Positions 36,987 to 48,002 are shown, counted from the stretch's first letter. The stretch: 64,000 bases of DNA from Bacteroidia bacterium (GCA_020049855.1 JAGVLJ010000044.1:5900-69899), one strand, 5' to 3'. Translations and numbers: made by a program. The notes: generated by a model not told the origin, from the sequence alone.

Positions 36987-38260
36987 TTAGTTTATTATTT
37001 CAAAACCGGTGTAACTGTGCAATGCTGTTGGGATGCGTATTCCCTCTTCCGTTTGATTGTTTTCAAGCAGGGCTGCCACAATTCTGGGTAAAGCCAATGC
37101 GCTTCCGTTTAGGGTGTGTACCAGTTGATTTTTTCCATTTTTGTCTTTAAAACGGCATTTCATTCGGTTGGCCTGAAAGGTTTCAAAATTAGAGGTTGAG
37201 CTTACTTCTAACCAACGTTGCTGGGCAGCTGAAAAGACTTCAAAATCATAAGTAAGAGCCGATGCAAAACTCATGTCACCTCCACATAAACGCAGGATAC
37301 GGTAGGGCAATTCCAGTTTTCTGAGCAGGCTTTTTACATGTTCAACCATCTCCTCCAATACCTTGTACGAATTATCGGGATGAACCAACTGAACAATTTC
37401 AACTTTATCAAATTGATGCAGGCGATTTAATCCGCGAACATGGGCTCCATAGCTACCGGCTTCACGTCTGAAACAAGGTGTGTACCCTACATTTTTTACA
37501 GGTAGGTCTTCTTCTTTCAAAATCATATTCCGGTACAAGTTGGTAATAGGAACTTCGGCCGTTGGGATTAAGTATAAATCATCAATTGTTACATGATACA
37601 TTTGCCCTTCTTTGTCCGGAAGTTGCCCGGTGCCAAATCCCGAATCAGCATTCACCATATTCGGGGGCATAATTTCATAATAACCAGCCTTGACTGCTTC
37701 GTCAAGAAAGAAGTTAATAAGTGCGCGCTGCAAACGTGCTCCTTTTCCTTTGTACACCGGAAATCCGGCTCCTGTTATTTTATTACCTAATTCAAAATCT
37801 ATAATATCATATTTTGAAGTCAGTTCCCAATGAGGGATGGCTGATAGGTCTAATTTTGGCATGACGCCTTCAGCAAAAATCTCTTCGTTTTCTTCTGGGG
37901 TTATTCCTAATGGAACTGAAGGGTGGGGGGTATTTGGAATGACGAGGAGCAACTGCTGCACCTCTTTCTCAATCTGATTGAAGCGCTCTTCAACCCGGGT
38001 TGCTTTTTCCTTAATCTCTGTGCTGCGAATTTTTAGAGTATCGGCTTTTTCTTTTTTTTCACTTCTAAAAAGTTCCCCGATTTGTTTTGCCAAAAGATTT
38101 CCTTCGGCAAGTAATCCTTCGAGTTCAGTTTTTTTACTTCTTCTTTCTTCGTCAAGATCAACAATGCTGTTAATGATTACCTCAGCATTTTTAAAATTTT
38201 TTTTTTGAGTTTGGCAATTACTTCGTCTTTATTGCTTCTAATGGTATGTAGCTGTAGCAT
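36987..38260 (-). CDS. serS: seryl-tRNA synthetase; reading frame broken by a 1-nt frameshift in an A10 homopolymer (38197-38206)
   Basis: The ORF-track 368-aa fragment carries class II aaRS motifs. The N-terminal coiled-coil (MLQLHTIRSNKDEVIAKLKKK...) is encoded upstream in another frame. An 11th A restores KLKKKNFKNAEVIINSIVDLDEERR...AKQIGELF. Confidence 0.8.
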
Positions 38261-38278
38261 CTTTTTCTTTTTCTAAAA

Positions 38279-41200
38279 TCACTTCAATACAAATACTTTT
38301 TTATACACTACTCCTGTTTCTCCGGTTATTTTTACCATATAAATACCATTTACAACAGTGGTTAATGGAATTGAAACCGATTGGTTTCCGTTAAGTTTAA
38401 TCGCATAAACCGGTTGCCCTATGTCATTGATTAGTTCAATTTGTTGTATGTCTAAAGGAGAAGTTATGTTTAGTTGTGCGTTAGCCGGATTAGGGTAAAT
38501 TTTAACCAAATCGCTGAGCTGAGAAGTCGATCCGATTCCTGTTGCAAGAACCGAAATTTGCTGGCATTTACTTGTAAGGCAGTTCCCTTTTGTGAGAGTT
38601 AAACAAACGGTATAGTTCCCATTAGCGGTGTAAAAGTGGCTTACTGTTTTGGTTGTTGCCGAAGCACCATCTCCAAAATCCCATGAATAGGTGGTTGCAA
38701 CTGCGTCAGACGCATTAAAGGTTACAAGAGTTTGTCCGTTGCTGTTATGTGTAAATGAAGAGTCAATTACCATTACGGCAATCAACACACTATCGGTTAA
38801 GGGAGCACCGCAACTGTCAGAAATGATTATTGTATAATAAGCAGTTGCGGTGGGTAAAATTTGATACGAAGCATTGCTTCCAAGATTAACCCAGTTGTAG
38901 GTTATTGGCGGAGCACCACTGGTAGCACTTGCACTAAGTGTAACCTTATCTCGGAAACAGATAAAGGTATCTTTGCTAAGTGTTGCCTGCAATCGTTGTT
39001 TCACAAAAAGGGCAGCTAAGGCGGTTGTGTCACCGGCATCGCAACCGTTGGAGGCAATAGCCCTTATCACCGAATTATTCATAGTATCGGATACCTGAAA
39101 AGTAATAATGGAGTCGAACATGGCAGAAGCTAATGCATTCCAACTTTGGCCTCCATTAGTGCTGAATTGCCATTTGGTATTCGGAAGCGATTTGCTGGTA
39201 CTTCCATAGTTAAACGAAACCCATGCGTTGTGGCAAGCGGTAACATCGGAAGGAGTTCTTTTTATGGTTAATCCTGTATCAACCCAAAGGGTGGTTGTGT
39301 TACTGGTAATAGTGTTGCCACAGGTAGAACTTGTAAGGTTCATCCGGTATATATATTTATCGGATGCGGTAGTGACACCTGTAAGTAAGAGAGAGTCTGA
39401 ATTGCTGCCCACGAATGACCAACTTATCCCATTATTGGTGCTGCGTTGCCACTGGCGGGTAAGCGTGGCAGTACCTGCTGTTTGCGTTCGCAAAACAATG
39501 TTCCCGTTTACGCAAGCAGAAGAAGTAAGAGGCAGGTTGGAAACAAATGTCGGAGGTATATTGGTAGATGATGGAGTTGCATTGGCAGCTATTGCATATT
39601 TCCCACGTGCGCTGTCAGTGGCCATAATGGCTCTTACGGTTACCCAGTATTCAGTGTTGTTTGTTAAGCCTGTAAAAGTAAAAAACCGATTGGCAGATGA
39701 GGTAATTCCTTGTCCAACGTAATTGCCATTTACCAGAAGCATGGGCTCATACGCAATTGCACCATTTACAGCACTCCAACTAAGGTAAATCTGGTTGCTG
39801 CATATTTTGGTAGTTAATCCTCCGGGTGTTCCAAAAATGGTAAAGGTGGAATCACTAACCGAGCTGATGCTACTGTCAAGTGTGCGTACACGAATAAGTG
39901 CTTTAGAGGTCTGAATGAATGGAACTGTCCAGGTATACGATCGCGTACTGGCAGTAGTTGTGGCTATATTAATCCATGAATTTCCGGCATCGGTTGAATA
40001 TTGTACCTGCACATTTCCTGTCACAAATTTCGAATCCCATCTGATGTACTCGGTAGCACCGGGTGTGAATACTTCCCCTCCATTAGGATAAGTCACATCG
40101 AGTGTTGATGAATCAAATTCATAGGTAACAAAAAATTTCTGACTGATACCACTGTTCACATCACCGGTCACTTTAATAAACCATGGTCCGGCTGTAGGGT
40201 TATCAATGGTAACCTGTTCAATATTGTTCAAACTGTCGCGTCCTCGGGTTGCTACTGCACTATATGGAGCAACAGCGAGCACCCATGGCAGAGTTGAGTT
40301 TCCTAACCCATCAGTAATAGCAAGGTCTAAATCATTCACTAGTGCAATAGACGAGGAGGTGCTTCCGGCTGGGTCATTCCAAGTAAGCATCACCTTTAAC
40401 TTTTTACAATTTGCGGGTATTAAAATCATACGTGTACGCCCCAGCGAGCCAGGTTTAATGGTATCATTGAAATACCGGTTGCTTTCTAACGTTTTTACCA
40501 CACTTAAGGCATTTACCCTGCCGAAACCGAATTTGAAGTCAGGACCTGCATTTCCGAGGTCTTCGGCTGTATTTGCCAGCACACCCCTAATTAAAGCGGC
40601 ATCTGGATTTTGCCCACTGTTTAACTGGCGATAACGCTGGTAAATTTGGGCAACAATTCCTGTTACATTCGGAGTAGCCATGGAGGTACCATTAAGAGTT
40701 GCATAAATATTGGGGTAGTTTGTTGAGTTTACCGCAACTCCTACGGCAACCACTTCAGGTTTCAATCGGTTGTCTCGAATGGGTCCCCAAGCACTAAAAT
40801 TACTCATTACATCAAGCAGGTCAACAGCACCTACTACAACAGAGTTTTTACTTGCTTGAGAGCCGCTGTGTACAGTACGGTATCCTGCATTGGCTCCTGT
40901 GCCAGCACAATTATCTGTTTGAAAATTTCCGGCTGCAAACATGTGCGACAGGTAGGGGTTACTGTTTACTAAATTATCCAAATCCTGACTGCGCTGGTCG
41001 TAATCTCCACGGGTTGTACATGGGTCGCTACTATAGGCGTAAGAGTTGTTGGTCATCACAATATTTCGGGCACTCAATGCCGCAAACATTTCGCCAGGAA
41101 TATCACCAATAAAATCCCAGTTAAGTAACGTAGCTTTTGGCGCCATCCCGGTATTATTCTGATCTTTTAATCCTGCTCCGCCAATGGTACCAGTTACGTG

Positions 41201-42016
41201 TGTAGCATGCTGACTAAGACCAGAAGATTCAATATTTGTTTCGCGACCCAAAAAGTCAACGTGAACCCCACAAGCTCCGCCATCCCATACACCTACAATT
41301 ACTCCCTGTCCGTTAAGGTTGCGGGCTCCGGGAACTGATGATCCGATAGTACTGCTGCGGGTTAACGTTTTTCCGGGTAAGTTGGTTTCCATCATCAATG
41401 GTGCTTCCCTATCTGCCCATATTACCCAGGGTTGTTCAATCAACTCATTTAAATTAGCTATTTCTACTTCAACCAATAATCGGTTAAAATAGGTCGATTT
41501 TTCAAGAATAGAAATATGATTACTGTTTAGGTACTGCAAAACAATATCTATATTAACGGTTTTAAAGTAAGTTAGTGAAACTTTTAGGCGAAGGTCGGTA
41601 GTGGGAGTGGTTTGTTTGGTGTAAAGTGTAAGGTGAGGTGACGTTTTCCATTCAGGCTGTATAACGGAAATACTTCTTACCCCTAAGGCAAATAAGTTAA
41701 CAAGTTGTAATTGTTTCGGAACTGAAACCAAGTAAGTCTTACTCGGAATATAGTCAAAAAAAATGATCCCAAGAGCCGTTAATTTTTCCCTTGTTTCTAA
41801 GGTAATGGCCTCTTTCAATTGAATCATCAGGTAGTAATTACCGTTAAAAGCCGAGGATTCCAGTTGAGTTGATTGGGGAAGTTGATTTTCGGGTAATACA
41901 ACCGGACCGCTTTTTAAGTAAATTATTTCAGACGATTGTTTTTGTGCAAAGCCATTGAATACTATACAAAGTATCAAGGCAAACGAGGGAAATGTTGTTT
42001 TAATGTAATGAACCAT
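38279..42016 (-). CDS. S8 family subtilisin-like serine peptidase with T9SS type-A C-terminal sorting domain
   Basis: 1245 aa; signal peptide; catalytic Ser motif GTSMATPNVTG with Asp/His regions (VWDGG, HATHVTG). The C-terminal about 80 aa match the Por CTD (IYPNPANAQLNI...GIYMVKI). Confidence 0.85.
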   Translation of the reverse strand: MVHYIKTTFPSFALILCIVFNGFAQKQSSEIIYLKSGPVVLPENQLPQSTQLESSAFNGNYYLMIQLKEAITLETREKLTALGIIFFDYIPSKTYLVSVPKQLQLVNLFALGVRSISVIQPEWKTSPHLTLYTKQTTPTTDLRLKVSLTYFKTVNIDIVLQYLNSNHISILEKSTYFNRLLVEVEIANLNELIEQPWVIWADREAPLMMETNLPGKTLTRSSTIGSSVPGARNLNGQGVIVGVWDGGACGVHVDFLGRETNIESSGLSQHATHVTGTIGGAGLKDQNNTGMAPKATLLNWDFIGDIPGEMFAALSARNIVMTNNSYAYSSDPCTTRGDYDQRSQDLDNLVNSNPYLSHMFAAGNFQTDNCAGTGANAGYRTVHSGSQASKNSVVVGAVDLLDVMSNFSAWGPIRDNRLKPEVVAVGVAVNSTNYPNIYATLNGTSMATPNVTGIVAQIYQRYRQLNSGQNPDAALIRGVLANTAEDLGNAGPDFKFGFGRVNALSVVKTLESNRYFNDTIKPGSLGRTRMILIPANCKKLKVMLTWNDPAGSTSSSIALVNDLDLAITDGLGNSTLPWVLAVAPYSAVATRGRDSLNNIEQVTIDNPTAGPWFIKVTGDVNSGISQKFFVTYEFDSSTLDVTYPNGGEVFTPGATEYIRWDSKFVTGNVQVQYSTDAGNSWINIATTTASTRSYTWTVPFIQTSKALIRVRTLDSSISSVSDSTFTIFGTPGGLTTKICSNQIYLSWSAVNGAIAYEPMLLVNGNYVGQGITSSANRFFTFTGLTNNTEYWVTVRAIMATDSARGKYAIAANATPSSTNIPPTFVSNLPLTSSACVNGNIVLRTQTAGTATLTRQWQRSTNNGISWSFVGSNSDSLLLTGVTTASDKYIYRMNLTSSTCGNTITSNTTTLWVDTGLTIKRTPSDVTACHNAWVSFNYGSTSKSLPNTKWQFSTNGGQSWNALASAMFDSIITFQVSDTMNNSVIRAIASNGCDAGDTTALAALFVKQRLQATLSKDTFICFRDKVTLSASATSGAPPITYNWVNLGSNASYQILPTATAYYTIIISDSCGAPLTDSVLIAVMVIDSSFTHNSNGQTLVTFNASDAVATTYSWDFGDGASATTKTVSHFYTANGNYTVCLTLTKGNCLTSKCQQISVLATGIGSTSQLSDLVKIYPNPANAQLNITSPLDIQQIELINDIGQPVYAIKLNGNQSVSIPLTTVVNGIYMVKITGETGVVYKKVFVLK

Positions 42017-42158
42017 TTTAGGGGCTAATTATAAAGGGGCAATATAAATCAATTTCGTTTAAATTTATATGAGCATTGACTATTTTAAAGCTAAATGAAT
42101 GTGTGTGGTTTTTGGCTTGTGCTTTTGTATGTTTGCAGCCAACTAATTTTATCATTCT

Positions 42159-43547
42159 ATGAATTTTGATTTAATCGTAATTGGTAGTGGCCCTGGTGGC
42201 TATGTTGCTGCTATCCGTGCCTCGCAATTAGGCCTAAAAACAGCTGTGGTAGAGCGTTCTGAGTTAGGGGGCATTTGTCTTAACTGGGGCTGTATTCCCA
42301 CCAAAGCGTTGCTTAAATCGGCACAGGTGTTTGACTATATCAAACATGCCGGTGATTATGGAATAACCGTTTCCGGTTCAGCACATGACTTTACTGCTGT
42401 AGTAAAACGTAGCCGTTTGGTGGCTGAAGGAATGAGTAAGGGAATTGCATTTTTAATGAAGAAAAATAAAATTGAAGTAATTACAGGAAGCGGAAAGGTG
42501 CTTGCTGCCGGAAAAGTAGAAGTGACCGATGCTGCAGGAACCAAAAAACACATTACTGCTAAAAATATTATTCTCGCCACCGGAGCCCGCAGCCGCGAGT
42601 TGCCCAATATAAAAATTGACGGTAAAAAAATAATCGGTTACCGAGATGCCATGGTACTGCCGCAGCAACCTAAAAGCATGGTGGTAATGGGTTCGGGTGC
42701 CATAGGTTGCGAATTTGCATATTTCTACAACTCAATGGGCACAAAAGTAACCATTGTTGAATACCTGCCCAATATTCTTCCGGTTGAAGACGAGGACGTT
42801 TCGCGCGAAATGAATCGTCATTTTCGGAAGAGCGGGATAGAGATTCTTACTTCTGCATCCGTTGAATCGGTTGACACCACAGGCGAGGGATGTAAGGTAC
42901 AAGTAAAAGCTGCCGATGGATTGAAAGAGTTGGCATGTGACGTAGTGCTTTCAGCCGTTGGAATTAAAACGAATATTGAAAATCTGGGATTGGAACAGGT
43001 CGGTGTGAAAACGGATAAAGACAAAGTGCTGGTGGATGATTTTTACCAAACTAATATTAACGGTATTTACGCCATTGGCGACATTGTAAAAGGCCCTGCA
43101 TTGGCGCATGTAGCCAGTGCCGAAGGGATTATTTGTGTAGAGAAAATTGCAGGACATCATCCTGAGCCATTGAATTATCAAAACATCCCGGGGTGCACTT
43201 ACTGTTCTCCAGAAGTTGCCTCGGTAGGATATACAGAAAAAGCCGCTAAAGAAGCCGGTTATGACATTAGAATAGGTAAATTCCCTTTTACCGCCAGTGG
43301 CAAAGCCAGTGCTGCCGGGGCGAAGGAGGGATTTGTGAAAGTAATATTCGATGCTAAATATGGCGAGTGGCTGGGTTGCCATATGGTAGGCGCTAATGTT
43401 ACCGAAATGATTGCCGAAGTTGTAGTGGCGCGTAACTTAGAAACTACAGGGTACGAAATTCTCAAATCGGTGCACCCGCATCCAACCATGAGTGAAGCTG
43501 TTATGGAAGCAACTGCTCAGGCATACAATGAGTGCATTCATCTGTAA
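42159..43547 (+). CDS. lpdA: dihydrolipoyl dehydrogenase
   Basis: 462 aa; FAD motif GSGPGGYVAAIRA and the redox-active disulfide GGICLNWGCIPTK. Confidence 0.9.
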   Translation: MNFDLIVIGSGPGGYVAAIRASQLGLKTAVVERSELGGICLNWGCIPTKALLKSAQVFDYIKHAGDYGITVSGSAHDFTAVVKRSRLVAEGMSKGIAFLMKKNKIEVITGSGKVLAAGKVEVTDAAGTKKHITAKNIILATGARSRELPNIKIDGKKIIGYRDAMVLPQQPKSMVVMGSGAIGCEFAYFYNSMGTKVTIVEYLPNILPVEDEDVSREMNRHFRKSGIEILTSASVESVDTTGEGCKVQVKAADGLKELACDVVLSAVGIKTNIENLGLEQVGVKTDKDKVLVDDFYQTNINGIYAIGDIVKGPALAHVASAEGIICVEKIAGHHPEPLNYQNIPGCTYCSPEVASVGYTEKAAKEAGYDIRIGKFPFTASGKASAAGAKEGFVKVIFDAKYGEWLGCHMVGANVTEMIAEVVVARNLETTGYEILKSVHPHPTMSEAVMEATAQAYNECIHL

Positions 43548-43569
43548 GTATAGAATTAACACACAAAAA

Positions 43570-43606
43570 AGTCCCTTTTGTAACAACAAAGGGACTTTTT
43601 TGTTTT
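43570..43606 (+). terminator. Rho-independent terminator after lpdA
   Basis: AGTCCCTTT-tgtaacaac-AAAGGGACT followed by TTTTTTGTTTTG. Confidence 0.6.
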
Positions 43607-43622
43607 GTAGCTTTGAGTACAA

Positions 43623-44774
43623 ATGATTTGGCCTGGCACTTATATGTACGGAAACAAAATAGAGTTGCTGCAAAGCGGAGAAGACTATTTTGTGCAATTA
43701 CTTAAGCTTATTCATACCAGCACCAAGTGGATTCATATTCAAACATATATTCTGGAAGAAGATGCAACAGGCAACGAGGTGCTTCATGCTTTAATAGATG
43801 CAGCCCAGCGAGGGACTAAAGTGTATTTGATAACTGACGGGTACGGAACCAAACTCTCATCAGCAACCGTAAAACAACTTAGGGCAAGCGGAGTTTTTTA
43901 CCGCAATTTTTCGCCTTTACGCTGGATGAGGGTTGGTAAACGGCTTCATCATAAAGTGACAGTTACAGATGATGGAAAAGCCTTGGTGGGCGGGATAAAT
44001 ATAGCTGATAAATACAGAGGGAAATTAGATGACAAACCTTGGCTTGATTTTGCAGTTCTTATTGAGGGAAATGCATGTAACAGAATTAAATATGTATGTG
44101 AACATTTATGGCAACGAAGATTTAGAAGAGTTCATTTTAAACATGCCGCATTAAAGCCGGCAATGAAGGCATACGATATTCCTGTTGCCCTAAGCGTGAA
44201 CAACTGGTACTTACGAAAGTTTGAAGTGTCGGCCGCTTATGAAGATGCAATTCATTCGGCAACCAAAGAATTAATTATTGTCGCGAGTTATTTTTTACCT
44301 GGGAAATCTATTCGTAAAGCATTGGCACAAGCTGCTGCCAGAGGGGTTAAAATTACGGTTCTGTTATCGGGAATATCCGATGTGCCGCTGGTAAATCGAG
44401 CTACCCGTTATTTATACGATTGGTTACTCCGGAATAAAATAGTTATTTATGAATGGCTTCCTTCGGTATTGCATGCCAAATTAATGGTGGTTGATAAGGA
44501 ATGGTTCACTGTGGGGTCATACAATATAAACCGACTCAGCGATTATGGAAGCATAGAGTTAAATGTTCATGTGCATCATGCGGCAACGGCTATAGAGGTT
44601 CAACATACTGTTGAATCATTAGTGGAGCAGGGAGCCAAAGAAGTAAAAGCAGGGGCGTACACACAGGAAAAATCACTACTGCAGCAATTAATTAATTTCG
44701 CTTCTTATTACTTTATTCGTTTTTTGTTAAAGTTGTTTTTGCGAATGAGTGAAGATAGACGAAAAGTAACTTAA
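43623..44774 (+). CDS. phospholipase D-family protein (cardiolipin synthase-like), two HKD motifs
   Basis: 383 aa; HxK(x4)D motifs at RLHHKVTVTDDGKALVGG and LHAKLMVVDKEWFTVGSYN. Confidence 0.75.
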   Translation: MIWPGTYMYGNKIELLQSGEDYFVQLLKLIHTSTKWIHIQTYILEEDATGNEVLHALIDAAQRGTKVYLITDGYGTKLSSATVKQLRASGVFYRNFSPLRWMRVGKRLHHKVTVTDDGKALVGGINIADKYRGKLDDKPWLDFAVLIEGNACNRIKYVCEHLWQRRFRRVHFKHAALKPAMKAYDIPVALSVNNWYLRKFEVSAAYEDAIHSATKELIIVASYFLPGKSIRKALAQAAARGVKITVLLSGISDVPLVNRATRYLYDWLLRNKIVIYEWLPSVLHAKLMVVDKEWFTVGSYNINRLSDYGSIELNVHVHHAATAIEVQHTVESLVEQGAKEVKAGAYTQEKSLLQQLINFASYYFIRFLLKLFLRMSEDRRKVT

Positions 44775-45039
44775 TACTTTAGCAACACCGCTCTTTTTAG
44801 TTTCGTGTAAGAACAGGTATAAGCACTCTATAACCTTATGTGTTGGATGTAGCTATCTGTTTATGCATCCGGTCTTATATGCCTATGTGATAAAGGAAGA
44901 AAAAACAAATAGAAACATAGTTAAACATAGACATATAGCAATTCAACAGCAAAAAATCTATGTGCCTATGTGTTTATATAGGGGACATGACAAATACTCG
45001 TCCCACGCTTATTTTTTGAGCTGATAGCGCACGTTGAAA

Positions 45040-46218
45040 TTAATACCTAAAGCTGTGTCCTTTTCTTATCAATGGTTTTTCGAGCCACTTAAACGAGTAA
45101 TGGGAAATAACAAAAGAAACGAGCAGCGAGGTAAGGGTTACCGCAATATCTTTCCAGTTGTACCATCCGTTTTGATAATGAATTATGGGTCTCTGATGCA
45201 GGATGTACTGATGTAAAACCCCGTTAATGGCCTGATGGGTTAAATAAACAGTATACGAAATTGACCCCAGCCACATTAAAAATTTAATGCTGAAAAAGCG
45301 ACCCAAGAGTCCGTTACGATCAGCCAGAATTAACAACAGACAATTGCTCCACATCAATCCGCCAAAGGTGAAAAGAAACCCATACCAGGGGCTGTTGCCC
45401 ACCCATTGAATAAGTGCTATTAACAGAATTAATTGCACAAACAGCAGTATGTACAGAGGTTGTCGCATACTGAAAATTTTTTGAATGAATTCCTGATTTT
45501 GAACCAAATTTGCAATAATAACTCCCATCAGTAATGAGTCCATGCGTGCGGGCATGGTAACATAGGTGTGCATGATATTATCTCCGAACAGCGCAAATTT
45601 TACCCCCCAGCACGCTACAATAAACACGCAACACATGCGAATGAGGTATTTTTTTGGTGTGAGCCAGATAAAAAGCGGGGCAAGAACATAAAATTGTTCT
45701 TCAATGGTTACCGACCAGGTAATGCCAAGAAAGTGTGGTCCGAAATTGTAAATTTGTCGCTGCACATCCATGTCCATAAAAAAATTCTGAGCAAAAATGG
45801 CATATGACCAAAGAGGGATGGGTTGGTCGGGCAGGGAGTTTTGAAAAATGAACGGAATTTTTTGTTCACCCCCCCATAAAATTCCAATCAGAAATAACGC
45901 GTAAACAATATAGTAAACAGGGAAAATGCGCAGTATCCTCCGGACATAAAATGTTTTGAAAAAGTTGGGGGAACCTTTGCTTTCAATCAGAATGCTGGCA
46001 ATAAGAAAACCGGATAGTACAAAGAATAAATCTACCGCCATAATGCACATATCGGTAGCAGGTTTAAAAAACCTTAAAACCGGGCTGTAGGCTGTAATTT
46101 CGCAGGCATAATAATGCCATAGCAACGCGGCACATAACGCAAAGCCCCTGAAGCCATCAAGTTGAGGGATTCTGCTATTGGCAATATTAATCTGGAATTT
46201 ATTCTCGGTCGGGTTCAT
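45040..46218 (-). CDS. acyltransferase family 3 membrane protein
   Basis: 392 aa with about 10 TM helices and an acyltransferase_3-like N-terminal region (FRGFALCAALLWH). Confidence 0.75.
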   Translation of the reverse strand: MNPTENKFQINIANSRIPQLDGFRGFALCAALLWHYYACEITAYSPVLRFFKPATDMCIMAVDLFFVLSGFLIASILIESKGSPNFFKTFYVRRILRIFPVYYIVYALFLIGILWGGEQKIPFIFQNSLPDQPIPLWSYAIFAQNFFMDMDVQRQIYNFGPHFLGITWSVTIEEQFYVLAPLFIWLTPKKYLIRMCCVFIVACWGVKFALFGDNIMHTYVTMPARMDSLLMGVIIANLVQNQEFIQKIFSMRQPLYILLFVQLILLIALIQWVGNSPWYGFLFTFGGLMWSNCLLLILADRNGLLGRFFSIKFLMWLGSISYTVYLTHQAINGVLHQYILHQRPIIHYQNGWYNWKDIAVTLTSLLVSFVISHYSFKWLEKPLIRKGHSFRY

Positions 46219-46264
46219 TGATTAAACGTTCAAAGGTATTTGATTTGTACTCAAAAAAGGGAAT

Positions 46265-46609
46265 ATGAATAAAGTAAACGAATTTAATGATTACCGAAGC
46301 CGGATGAATGAAAAGATTCTGGCCTCGGATAACCTGGTGCTTAAACGCTTGTTTAATCTTGATACAAATACGTATCAGGATGGGGCTCTCAGCAGAGAGG
46401 TAAAAGAAATGCTTGGATTGGTAGCTTCCATGGTGCTTCGTTGTGATGATTGTGTAAAATATCACCTCGAAAAATGTCATATGTTAGGTGTAACTTCTGC
46501 ACAAATGTTTGAAATTTTTTCAGTAGCTAATATAGTAGGCGGCACCATTGTGATTCCGCATACACGCAGGGCGGTCGAATTTTGGGAAGAATTACAACAA
46601 CTTCAATGA
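46265..46609 (+). CDS. carboxymuconolactone decarboxylase / AhpD-like family protein
   Basis: 114 aa; CxxC-containing AhpD core motif (RCDDCVKYHLEKC). Confidence 0.65.
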   Translation: MNKVNEFNDYRSRMNEKILASDNLVLKRLFNLDTNTYQDGALSREVKEMLGLVASMVLRCDDCVKYHLEKCHMLGVTSAQMFEIFSVANIVGGTIVIPHTRRAVEFWEELQQLQ

Positions 46610-47706
46610 TCATTCGCATTTTTGGTAAACTCTATCAACCTGATGAACTGATTCATTTAAAGCAGCACGCAATCGGTTTATTGCAAGATGAAGATGAGCG
46701 TGCAGCTGTGTTATTTTTGCATGAGTGGCTAAGCGGAAAAAGTGTTTTTGAACAACAAACTTCAGGAAGCACCGGAGTACCCAAAATAATTTCTCTTAGC
46801 AGAGAACAAATGTTACTTAGCGCCAAACTCACGGGAGATTTTCTGAATTTTACGAAGTTGCACACTATTCTGTTACCCATTTCTGCCCGATATATAGGCG
46901 GGAAAATGTTATTGGTTCGAGCCATCCTTTATCAAATGGATATTGAGGTAGTAAAACCGTCAACCCATTTTTTAGCTATGATTAATACACCTCATCCGTT
47001 TCAATTGGTATCGGTAGTACCATCTCAACTTTCGGTTGTTAAAGAAAACAAATTGGCCTATCAGGCACTTTCCTGTTTTCATACGGTATTGGTTGGCGGA
47101 GCCGGGTTGTCTTCCAGTCTCAATTCGGTGCTTCAGCAAATGAAAGGAGCCGCTATTTGGCAAACCTATGGCATGACTGAAACCGTTTCGCATATAGCCC
47201 TGCGAAAAATTAATGGCGAAAACCGCTCGGAGTTTTACCATCCGTTACCGGGTGTTGAACTGAAAACCGATGACCGAAATTGTTTATGCATTAGGGCAAC
47301 TGTAACGGGGAATAAATGGGTAACTACCAACGATGTGGTTGAATGGAATGATGAAAAGTTTACGCTTACCGGACGATTTGATGAAGTAATAAATAGCGGG
47401 GGCGTAAAAATTTCTCCCTCAAAAGTAGAGGAGGTTGTGGAGCAGGTATTGGACGAAATGGGGTTGTCGTTTCCAGCTTTTGCTGCGGCATTACCCGATG
47501 AAAAATTAGGAAGTAAACTGGTGCTTGTGCTGGAGGGCAAAGAGGTAGAAGAAGGAAAATGGAAGGCATTTAAACAACGGATAAAGGAGGCTTTACCGCC
47601 TTTCCATGCACCGACACAGTATTTTTTCGTGGAAAAATTTCTATGGCTCGCTTCTGGCAAGATTAACAAAATCAGTATGTTGCAAAGTTTTTTGAAAGAT
47701 TCCTAA
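46582..47706 (+). CDS. AMP-dependent synthetase/ligase (short acyl/aryl-CoA ligase, MenE-like)
   Basis: 374 aa; AMP-binding motif TSGSTGVPK and downstream YGMTE. Overlaps the AhpD-like gene by 28 nt. Confidence 0.75.
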   Translation: MGRITTTSMIIRIFGKLYQPDELIHLKQHAIGLLQDEDERAAVLFLHEWLSGKSVFEQQTSGSTGVPKIISLSREQMLLSAKLTGDFLNFTKLHTILLPISARYIGGKMLLVRAILYQMDIEVVKPSTHFLAMINTPHPFQLVSVVPSQLSVVKENKLAYQALSCFHTVLVGGAGLSSSLNSVLQQMKGAAIWQTYGMTETVSHIALRKINGENRSEFYHPLPGVELKTDDRNCLCIRATVTGNKWVTTNDVVEWNDEKFTLTGRFDEVINSGGVKISPSKVEEVVEQVLDEMGLSFPAFAAALPDEKLGSKLVLVLEGKEVEEGKWKAFKQRIKEALPPFHAPTQYFFVEKFLWLASGKINKISMLQSFLKDS

Positions 47707-47780
47707 AACCATAGCAATAGATTAAGAAATCCTTTTATATTCGCGGGAAAAACAGGGATAATTATTTAAACAGATTTACT

Positions 47781-48002
47781 ATGTACTGGACGTTAGAACT
47801 CGCATCTTATTTGGACGATGCTCCATGGCCGGCAACCAAAGACGAATTGATAGACTATGCCATTCGTTCAGGTGCACCTTTGGAGGTGATAGAAAACCTT
47901 CAGGAATTGGAAGACGATGGAGAACCATATGAGAGCATAGAGGAGGTGTGGCCGGATTACCCCACTAACGATGATTATTTTTACAATGCCGATGAGCTTT
48001 AA
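47781..48002 (+). CDS. small acidic DUF2795-like protein
   Basis: 73 aa, highly acidic; WPATKDELIDYA... resembles the DUF2795 family. Confidence 0.5.
   Translation: MYWTLELASYLDDAPWPATKDELIDYAIRSGAPLEVIENLQELEDDGEPYESIEEVWPDYPTNDDYFYNADEL

Noticed and set aside
44775-45039. Possible CRISPR array suggested by short repeats
   Set aside because: The repeats are 7-9 nt, irregularly spaced, and have no unique spacers of uniform length. No cas genes are nearby. This is not CRISPR-like.
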